From NCBI GenBank assembly GCA_051362555.1, contig CM120641.1:30448401-30512400 (forward strand): DNA of 64,000 nt. Reading direction: 5' to 3'. The translations under genes and the position numbers were made by a program. A model generated the notes under the pieces. That model did not search any database and had not been told where the DNA came from. It saw only the letters and a program-made list of their open reading frames with translations. Shown here piece after piece: positions 1 to 9,478 of this stretch. This DNA comes from Lingula anatina. Its lineage: Eukaryota > Animalia > Brachiopoda. Position 1 is the stretch's first letter, and the number at the start of each line of letters is the position of its first letter.

Positions 1-149
1 AAAATGAAATTGCAAAGACTGCAAAATTCCATGGCTTAAAATAGTTTAATGTTAATAATTTTCACAAAACTTGTTCAATATTTGTGAAATTTGGAGAGAT
101 GATGCTTAACAATAACAAAAATCTGTGATAAGCTAAACAGTTGACAGTG

Positions 150-498
150 TGTGATAGGATTGTAGTTGATTGACATTTTGTATGCGAAGAGTGAGAATTA
201 TCTACAATATTTTTTTTTTCAATTTCACAACATCTAATTAGACTCACATTAAACATCAAATATTATGATTTGAGTTTGTTTGTGTAAGAGGTGACAAATT
301 ACCCATAATTGTCCTCTGGAAAAGAATATATACCCATTTAAGACATCTCCTTACTACCAATACCAGATGCAGATTCCTCCTTACAATCGGTTTCTGGAAT
401 AGGGTTTAGCACACCATTTGACAATGTCCTAAAGCTTGCCATATACCATCTATTGTACACATGGATGAGACATAGCATTGCTCTTGCAGGTCACCTGG
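150..498 (-). repeat. Cassette copy 1 (subtype A2) with a 94-bp internal deletion
   Basis: CTCTTGC|AGGTCACC at 481-495 joins sequences separated by 94 bp in the intact copy (9374-9467). Confidence 0.9.
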
Positions 499-1163
499 AA
501 AAAGAACAATATGTTTGATAAAAGTGAAAATTAAATTCTAAATATTGACAAATTTCCCACACTAAAATAGTAGAACAATAATTTTGATAAACTTAACCTA
601 AACAGTTGACTATGTCTAATAAAAAGGACATTTTCAGAACATATAAATTTGAGAAATACTGAAAATGACATTTAAAAAACTGCCAAATTCCATGGCTTGA
701 AATAGTTAAACGTTAATAATTTTCACAAATCTTGTTCAAGATTTGTGAAATTTGGACAGATGATGCATAACAATAATAAAAATCTGTGATAAGCTCATCA
801 GTTGACTGTGTCTCATGAAAAAGATTTTTTTTGGACAATAAATTTGAGAAAACTGACAATAACACTGAAACGACTGCCAAATTCCATGGCTTAAAATAGT
901 TAAACGTTAATTATTTTCACAAATTTTGTCTAATATTTGTGAAATTTGGAAAGATGATGCATAACAACAATAAAAATCTGTGATAAGCTCATAAGTTGAC
1001 TGTGTCTCATAAAAAGGATTTTTTTGGACAATAAAATTGAGAAAACGGAAAATGACATTGAAAAGAATGCAAAATGCGGTGCCTTAAAATAGTTAAACGT
1101 TAATAATTTTCACAAGTCTTGTTCAAGATTTGTGAAATTTGGACAGATGATGCATAACAATAA

Positions 1164-1530
1164 ACTACAATTAAGATAATTAATTGTATTTATGTAGGAA
1201 ATGGTTTGTTTTTAGTGGTGGTAATAGCTTTGTTGGTAATCCATCTACGCTTTGTTTATAGGAAGTAGTCTGGGTTTAGGTCTTGTGTCTGCACATTTTG
1301 ATCTTAAGTAGTTGACCAAGGCAAGGTGATAACAGATGTCCAGGGTCAAATTGTCTTAGCTGCTGTGTATCTAGGCACACAGTTAATTTTATATGAGTTT
1401 TAGGAAACTACTTCTTGCGAGCTGCATCAGCGAGAAGTCATTCAGCCTTTTAGCTGCGATGATATGTACACGCAATTTCAGCAGCTTCACAGTATTATAA
1501 TTTCTTGCGTTTCTTTATTTTAATTTTACA
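1164..1530 (+). repeat. Split repeat A1 (367 bp)
   Basis: Near-identical to 2817-3183 (offset 1653); two mismatches seen (GCACATT/GCGCATT and GCTGCGAT/GCTGCAAT). Confidence 0.95.
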
Positions 1531-2096
1531 TTGGTTACCAGCCATCAACTTTTGTGATTTCAAGATTTGGGGACGGCCAGTTTCTTGATACTTGGTGACT
1601 GTATTTTCTTCGGACATTATTCTGTTTTTCCAAGCCACCAGTTTTGTTATCAAGTTTCGGCGACGGCTGTTTCCTTTTATTTGGGAGACTTCAACTTCAA
1701 GTTCTTGGATCATACACAGGCCAGTAATTTTATATTATCTTCATTTCCCCCTTATTCACGTGTTCTAATAATCAGATTTATAGTCTGTCATGTGCTGCAG
1801 TTGTTAATTAATTTGTTTAGATGTCACTTTATCGTGTTATTCTTCAATTTTTGTTTTCCTCTTTGTGTGTAGCTATTTTATTCATATTGATATTTTTACC
1901 GGGCCAGGATTTCCGCTGTTTTTACATTTTCGGCTGTCGTTGACATGCCGTAATCTGTACGTTTCTGTCTTCATATTGTTTCCGTGTCCGCATTACCAGG
2001 TGCCGTGTTTTTATGGGTTTCTGGTCGACTAGGCTACATGCATTTTTGGAGTTGTTATGCTCTTTGTTTTGGGTGTACTTCCCCGTTGTTTACTTG

Positions 2097-2393
2097 TTCT
2101 GGGTGTATTTCCCAGGTGTTTAATTGTTTGCCTAGTAGTGAGAGCCCTGTGTGGTATCTGGTATACTAGGTTCTGGGAGTTTTTCCCAGGTGTTTAATTG
2201 TTTGCCTAGTAGTGAGAGCCCTGTGTGGTATCTGGTATACTAGGCTCTGGGAGTATTTCCCAGGTGTTTAATTGTTTGCCTAGTAGTGAGAGCCCTGTGT
2301 GGTATCTGGTATACTAGGTCCTGGGTGTATTTCCCAGGTTTTTTAATTGTTTGCCTAGTAGTGAGAGCCCTGTGTGGTATCTGGTATACTAGG
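2097..2393 (+). repeat. 74-bp minisatellite x4 inside the mobile element
   Basis: CCCAGG at 2111, 2185, 2259 and 2333. Confidence 0.95.
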
Positions 2394-2533
2394 TTTTTAT
2401 TTTGGGGAGTTGTTATACTCCTGGTTTTTGGGGAGTCACCCAGCTGTTTGTGTGTTTGTCTAGTCAATTTTTACCGGATATCCCTGTTTTCATGTGCAAG
2501 GTTGGCGGGGATGTGAGTTTCTCTCACATCTTA

Positions 2534-2816
2534 TGGCCTTTTTATTTTTATTTGTGCCAACTTTTTGCTCCTTAAGCTGTTGTTATTACTTATAATTTTC
2601 TTCATTAATTTGGTTACACTTATTACACTTTATTAATTTTATATTATGGCACTTATATAGTTGGGGAGATGTTATATTATCTCCCCAGTTTTGTAACTAC
2701 GTATTTTATTAGCTTCGTCATTAATAAATGACAATTATCAATCATATGGACTTTTCTTATTTACTTTGGAGCAAAAACAGAGCTTCGTTGTGCTTGTTAA
2801 CATTTGGCTACATAAA
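2534..2816 (+). repeat. Split repeat B1 (283 bp)
   Basis: Matches 3335-3617 (offset 801) and abuts A2 at CTACATAAA|ACTACAA. Confidence 0.95.
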
Positions 2817-3183
2817 ACTACAATTAAGATAATTAATTGTATTTATGTAGGAAATGGTTTGTTTTTAGTGGTGGTAATAGCTTTGTTGGTAATCCATCTA
2901 CGCTTTGTTTATAGGAAGTAGTCTGGGTTTAGGTCTTGTGTCTGCGCATTTTGATCTTAAGTAGTTGACCAAGGCAAGGTGATAACAGATGTCCAGGGTC
3001 AAATTGTCTTAGCTGCTGTGTATCTAGGCACACAGTTAATTTTATATGAGTTTTAGGAAACTACTTCTTGCGAGCTGCATCAGCGAGAAGTCATTCAGCC
3101 TTTTAGCTGCAATGATATGTACACGCAATTTCAGCAGCTTCACAGTATTATAATTTCTTGCGTTTCTTTATTTTAATTTTACA
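2817..3183 (+). repeat. Split repeat A2
   Basis: Copy of 1164-1530. Confidence 0.95.
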
Positions 3184-3218
3184 CCCTCCGCCATCCCCTG
3201 TCACCTGCCTTGTGTTGT

Positions 3219-3221
<3 letters not shown>

Positions 3222-3253
<32 letters not shown>
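3222..3253. repeat. (TA)~16 microsatellite in element spacer Y
   Basis: Direct reading. Confidence 0.95.
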
Positions 3254-3257
<4 letters not shown>

Positions 3258-3334
3258 TTTTGCATTTGTTGAAGCCTTTGATTTTCATTTATGCCAGCCT
3301 TTGGCTCTTACAGCTGTTGTTATTTCTTATAATT

Positions 3335-3617
3335 TGGCCTTTTTATTTTTATTTGTGCCAACTTTTTGCTCCTTAAGCTGTTGTTATTACTTATAATTTT
3401 CTTCATTAATTTGGTTACACTTATTACACTTTATTAATTTTATATTATGGCACTTATATAGTTGGGGAGATGTTATATTATCTCCCCAGTTTTGTAACTA
3501 CGTATTTTATTAGCTTCGTCATTAATAAATGACAATTATCAATCATATGGACTTTTCTTATTTACTTTGGAGCAAAAACAGAGCTTCGTTGTGCTTGTTA
3601 ACATTTGGCTACATAAA
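3335..3617 (+). repeat. Split repeat B2
   Basis: Copy of 2534-2816, ending at the right junction with the satellite. Confidence 0.95.
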
Positions 3618-4312
3618 TCAAAATCTGTGATAAGCTCATCAGCTGACTGTGTCTCATGAAAATCATTTTTCAGAGCATATAAATGTGAGAAAACTGAAAA
3701 TGACATTGAAAAGACTGCCAAATTCCATGACTTAAAATAGTTAAACGTTAATAATTTTCACAAATCTTGTCTAATATTTGTGAAATTTGGAAAGATGTTG
3801 CATAACAACAATACAAATCTGAGATAAGCTCATCAGTTGACTGTGTCTCATTTAAAAGATTTTTTTGAACAATAAATTTGAGAAAATTGAAAATGACACT
3901 GAGAAGACTGCAAAATGCAGTGCCTTAAAATAGTTAAACGTTAATAATTTTCACAAAACTTGTTCAATATTTGTGAAATATAGACAGATGATGCATAACA
4001 ATAATAAAAATCTGTGATAAGCTCATCAATTGAATGTGTCTCATGAAAAACATTTTTCAGAGCATATAAATGTGAGAAAACTGAAAATGACATTGAAAAG
4101 ACTGCCAAATTCCATGGCTTAAAATAGTTAAACATTAATAATTTTCACAAATCTTGTCTAATGTTTGTGAAATTTGGATAGATGATGCATATCAACAATA
4201 AAAATCTGTGATAAGCTCATTAGTTGCCTGTGTCTCATAAAAAAGATTTTTTTGGACAATAAAACTGAGAAAAACGGAAAATGACATTGAAAAGACTGCA
4301 AAATGCGGTGCC

Positions 4313-4506
4313 TTAAAATAGTTAAACGTTTATAATTTTCACAAATCTTGTTCAAGATTTGTGAAATTTGGATAGATGATGCATAACAATAATAAAAATC
4401 TGTGATAAGCTCATCAGTTGACTGTGTTTCATGAAAAACATTTTTCAGAGCATATAAATGTGAAAAAACTGAAAATGACATTGAAAAGACTGCCAAATTC
4501 CATGGC
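4313..4506 (+). repeat. Representative ~194-bp satellite monomer (about 220 copies in window)
   Basis: TTAAAATAGTT recurs at 3925, 4119, 4313, 4507 and 4702 (period 194-195). Two main subtypes often alternate as a ~388-bp dimer: one with 'CATTTTTCAGAGCATATAAATGTG...AATTCCATGGC' and one with 'GATTTTTTTGGACAATAAA...AAATGCGGTGCC'. Internal palindrome at 4337-4366. Confidence 0.97.
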
Positions 4507-4814
4507 TTAAAATAGTTTAACGTTAATAATTTTCACAAATCTTGTCTAATATTTGTGAAATTTGGATAGATGATGCATAACAACAAGAAAAATCTGTGAT
4601 AAGCTCATCAGTTGACTGTGTCTCATTAAAAAGATTTTTTTTTGGACAATAAAATTGAGAAAATTGAAAATGAAACTGAAAAGACTGCAAAATGCGGTGC
4701 CTTAAAATAGTTAAATATTAATAATTTTCACAAAACTTGTTCAATATTTGTGAAATTTGGAGAGATGATGCTTAGCAATAACAAAAATCTGTGATAAACT
4801 TAACAGTTGACAGT

Positions 4815-5257
4815 GTGTGATAGAATTGTAGTTGTCTGACATTTTGTATGCGAAGAGTGAGAATTATCTACAATATTTTTTTTTCAATTTCACAACATCT
4901 AATTAGACTCACATTAAACATCAAATATTATGATTTGAGTTTGTTTGTGTAAGAGGTGACAAATTACCCATAATTGTCCTCTGGAAAAGAATATATACCC
5001 ACTTAAGACATCTCCTTACTACCAATACCAGATGCAGATTCCTCCTTACAATCGGTTTCTGGAATAGGGTTTAGCACACCATTTGACAATGTCCTAAAGC
5101 TTGCCATATACCATCTATTGTACACATGGATGAGACATAGCATTGCTCTTGCTGTTGTCTTTTTCTGTCTGTTTTTTCTATAGGAATTAGCCCTGACCAG
5201 ACAGGAAGAATCAGTTCACCAAAAAATCCATCACGCTGTATGGAAAAGGTCACCTAG
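4815..5257 (-). repeat. Representative cassette subtype A1 (13 copies)
   Basis: Diagnostic CCATCACGCTG...CACCTAG. Anchors at 5253, 7169, 18116, 21758, 24643, 26754, 28670, 36130, 38241, 40157, 47036, 50853, 53119. Confidence 0.9.
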
Positions 5258-8200
5258 AAAAAGAACAATATGTTTGATAAAAGTGAAAATTGAATTCTAA
5301 AAATTGACAAATTTCCCACATTAAAAAAGTTGAACATAATTTTGATGAACTTAACCTAAACAGTTGACTATGTCTAATAAAAAGGACATTTTCAGAACAT
5401 ATAAATTTGAGAAATTCTGAAAATGACATTGAAATAACTGCCAAATTCCATGGCTTGAAATAGTTAAACGTTAATAATTTTCACAAATCTTGTCCAATAT
5501 TTGTGAAATTTGGACAGATGATGCATAACAATAATAAAAATCTGTGATAAGCTCATCAGTTGACTGCATCTCAAGAAAAACATTTTTCAGAGCATATAAA
5601 TGTGAGAAAACTGAAAATGACATTGAAAAGACTGCCAAATTCCATGGCTTAAAATAGTTAAACGTTAATTATTTTCACAAATTTTGTCTAATATTTGTGA
5701 AATTTGGAAAGATGATGCATAACAACAATAAAAATCTGTGATAAGCTCATAAGTTGACTGTGTCTCATAAAAAGGATTTTTTTGGACAATAAAATTGAGA
5801 AAACGGAAAATGACATTGAAAAGAATGCAAAATGCGGTGCCTTAAAATAGTTAAACGTTAATAATTTTCACAAGTCTTGTTCAAGATTTGTGAAATTTGG
5901 ACAGATGATGCATAACAATAATCAAAATCTGTGATAAGCTCATCAGCTGACTGTGTCTCATGAAAATCATTTTTCAGAGCATATAAATGTGAGAAAACTG
6001 AAAATGACATTGAAAAGACTGCCAAATTCCATGGCTTAAAATAGTTAAACGTTAATAATTTTCACAAATCTTGTCTAATATTTGTGAAATTTGGAAAGAT
6101 GATGCATAACAACAATACAAATCTGAGATAAGCTCATCAGTTGACTGTGTCTCATTTAAAAGATTTTTTTGGACAATAAATTTGAGAAAATTGAAAATGA
6201 CACTGAGAAGACTGCAAAATGCGGTGCCTTAAAATAGTTAAACGTTTATAATTTTCACAAATCTTGTTCAAGATTTGTGAAATTTGGATAGATGATGCAT
6301 AACAATAATAAAAATCTGTGATAAGCTCATCAGTTGACTGTGTTTCATGAAAAACATTTTTCAGAGCATATAAATGTGAAAAAACTGAAAATGACATTGA
6401 AAAGACTGCCAAATTCCATGGCTTAAAATAGTTTAACGTTAATAATTTTCACAAATCTTGTCTAATATTTGTGAAATTTGGATAGATGATGCATAACAAC
6501 AATAAAAATCTGTGATAAGCTCATCAGTTGACTGTGTCTCATTAAAAAGATTTTTTTTTGGACAATAAAATTGAGAAAATTGAAAATGAAACTGAAAAGA
6601 CTGCAAAATGCGGTGCCTTAAAATAGTTAAATATTAATAATTTTCACAAAACTTGTTCAATATTTGTGAAATTTGGAGAGATGATGCTTAGCAATAACAA
6701 AAATCTGTGATAAACTTAACAGTTGACAGTGTGTGATAGAATTGTAGTTGTCTGACATTTTGTATGCGAAGAGTGAGAATTATCTACAATATTTTTTTTT
6801 CAATTTCACAACATCTAATTAGACTCACATTAAACATCAAATATTATGATTTGAGTTTGTTTGTGTAAGAGGTGACAAATTACCCATAATTGTCCTCTGG
6901 AAAAGAATATATACCCACTTAAGACATCTCCTTACTACCAATACCAGATGCAGATTCCTCCTTACAATCGGTTTCTGGAATAGGGTTTAGCACACCATTT
7001 GACAATGTCCTAAAGCTTGCCATATACCATCTATTGTACACATGGATGAGACATAGCATTGCTCTTGCTGTTGTCTTTTGCTGTCTGTTTTTTCTATAGG
7101 AATTAGCCCTGACCAGACAGGAAGAATCAGTTCACCAAAAAATCCATCACGCTGTATGGAAAAGGTCACCTAGAAAAAGAACAATATGTTTGATAAAAGT
7201 GAAAATTGAATTCTAAAAATTGACAAATTTCCCACATTAAAAAAGTTGAACATAATTTTGATGAACTTAACCTAAACAGTTGACTATGTCTAATAAAAAG
7301 GACATTTTCAGAACATATAAATTTGAGAAATTCTGAAAATGACATTGAAAAAACTGCCAAATTCCATGGCTTGAAATAGTTAAACGTTAATAATTTTCAC
7401 AAATCTTGTCCAATATTTGTGAAATTTGGACAGATGATGCATAACAATAATAAAAATCTGTGATAAGCTCATCAGTTGACTGCATCTCAAGAAAAACATT
7501 TTTCAGAGCATATAAATGTGAGAAAACTGAAAATGACATTGAAAAGACTGCCAAATTCCATGGCTTAAAATAGTTAAACGTTAATAATTTTCACAAATCT
7601 TGTCTAATATTTGTGAAATTTGGATAGTTGATGCATAACAACAATACAAATCTGTGATAAGCTCATCAGTTGACTGTGTCTCATAAAAAAGATTTTTTTG
7701 CACAATAAAATTGAGAAAACAGAAAATGACATTGAAAAGACTGCAAAATGCGGTGCCTTAAAATAGTTAAACGTTAATAATTTTCACAAATCTTGTTCAA
7801 GATTTGTGAAATTTGGACAGATGATGCATAACAATAATAAAAATCTGTGATAAGCTCATCAGTTGACTGTGTTTCATGAAAAACATTTTTCAGAGCATAT
7901 AAATGTGAAAAAACTGAAAATGACATTGCAAAGACTGCAAAATTCCATGGCTTGAAATAGTTAAACGTTAATAATTTTCACAAATCTTGTTCAAGATTTG
8001 TGAAATTTGGACAGATGATGCATAACAACAATACAAATCTGAGATAAGCTCATCAGTTGACTGTGTCTTTTGAAAAAAATTTTTTTTGGACAATTAATTT
8101 AAGAAAACTGAAAATAACACTGAAACGACTGCCAAATTCCATGGCTTAAAATAGTTAAACGTTAATAATTTTCACAAATCTTGTCTAATATTTGTGAAAT

Positions 8201-9034
8201 TTGGAAAGATGATGCATAACCACAATAAAAATCTGTGATAAGCTCATCAGTTGACTGCATCTCATGAAAAACATTTTTCAGGGCATATAAATGTGAGAAA
8301 ACTGAAAATGACATTGAAAAGACTGCCAAATTCCATGGCTTAAAATAGTTAAACGTTAATAATTTTCACAAATCTTGTCTAATATTTGTGAAATTTGGAT
8401 AGATGATGCATATCAACAATAAAAATCTGTGATAAGCTCATCAGTTGCCTGTGTCTCATTAAAAAGATTTTTTTGGACAATAAAATTGAGAAAAACGGAA
8501 AATGACATTGAAAAGACTGCAAAATGCGGTGCCTTAAAATAGTTAAACGTTAATAATTTTCACAAATCTTGTCTAATATTTGTGAAATTTGGACAGATGA
8601 TGCATAACAATAATAAAAATCTGTGATAAGCTCATCACTTGACTGTGTTTCATGAAAAACATTTTTCAGAGCATATAAATGTGAGAAAACTGAAAATGAC
8701 ATTGAAAAGACTGCCAAATTCCATGGCTTAAAATAGTTTAACGTTAATAATTTTCACAAATCTTGTCTAATATTTGTGAAATTTGGATAGATGATGCATA
8801 ACAACAATAAAAATCTGTGATAAGCTCATCAGTTGACTGTGTCTCATTAAAAAGATTTTTTTTTGGACAATAAAATTGAGAAAATTAAAAATGAAACTGA
8901 AAAGACTGCAAAATGCGGTGCCTTAAAATAGTTAAATATTAATAATTTTCACAAAACTTGTTCAATATTTGTGAAATTTGGAGAGATGATGCTTAGCAAT
9001 AACAAAAATCTGTGATAAGCTTAACAGTTGACAG

Positions 9035-9478
9035 TGTGTGATAGAATTGTAGTTGTCTGACATTTTGTATGCGAAGAGTGAGAATTATCTACAATATTTT
9101 TTTTTCAATTTCACAACATCTAATTAGACTCACATTAAACATCAAATATTATGATTTGAGTTTGTTTGTGTAAGAGGTGACAAATTACCCATAATTGTCC
9201 TCTGGAAAAGAATATATACCCATTTAAGACATCTCCTTACTACCAATACCAGATGCAGATTCCTCCTTACAATCAGTTTCTGGAATAGGGTTTAGCACAC
9301 CATTTGACAATGTCCTAAAGCTTGCCATATACCATCTATTGTACACATGGATGAGACATAGCATTGCTCTTGCTGTTGTCTTTTGCTGTCTGTTTTTTCT
9401 ATAGGAATTAGCCCTGACCAGACAGGAAGAATCAGTTCACCAAAAAAGCCATCATGCTGTATGGAAAAGGTCACCTGG
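9035..9478 (-). repeat. Representative cassette subtype A2 (6 copies, all left of 20 kb)
   Basis: Diagnostic AAGCCATCATGCTG...CACCTGG. Anchors at 494 (deleted copy, assigned by flanks), 9474, 11005, 12343, 15424, 19454. Confidence 0.9.

Larger units (their letters stand above)
1164..3617. mobile_element. Non-autonomous transposable element, 2454 bp, with split direct repeats A1-X-B1-A2-Y-B2. Architecture resembles PAT/Ngaro tyrosine-recombinase retroelements; the alternative is a head-to-tail pair of Helitron2/Helentron-like elements
   Basis: It interrupts a monomer at ACAATAA|TCAAAATC; the empty paralogous site is at 20117-20131. A1 1164-1530 matches A2 2817-3183 and B1 2534-2816 matches B2 3335-3617. 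Only an AA overlap at the junctions. No RT, recombinase or RepHel ORF. Element status is near certain; the superfamily is not. Confidence 0.85.

Noticed and set aside
1495-1872. ORFs in the element's internal region (72 aa minus, 101 aa plus)
   Set aside because: Short, interrupted by stops upstream, with no gag, RT, recombinase or Rep motif recognised. At most a decayed remnant.
4410-4430. Hammerhead-ribozyme-like core on the monomer minus strand (GAAAC-ACA-GUC-AA-CUGAUGAG), suggesting a retrozyme satellite
   Set aside because: Core motifs are present, but only 2 nt separate GUC from CUGAUGA. Stems I and II do not pair adjacent to the core even between neighbouring monomers, and most monomers have GAGAC instead of GAAAC. 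An Infernal search or cleavage assay would settle it.
4158-4496. MAVFSMSFSVF... and similar ORFs throughout the array
   Set aside because: Chance open frames in satellite monomers. The 194-bp period and variable homopolymers shift frames, and the composition is low complexity.
5071-5253. Recurrent 60-65 aa minus-strand ORF (VTFSIQRDGFFGELILPVW...) as a multicopy peptide gene
   Set aside because: It starts at GTG or TTG rather than ATG. The frame is broken by an early TAG in B copies, a TAG in copy C and a deletion in copy 1. No recognisable domain; recurrence only reflects DNA duplication.
5183-5253. Plus-strand mini-exon after TTTTTTCTATAG|GAATTAG
   Set aside because: The acceptor looks good, but the donor (AAG|GTCACC) is poor, A-run indels shift the frame among copies, and the acceptor is deleted in copy 1.
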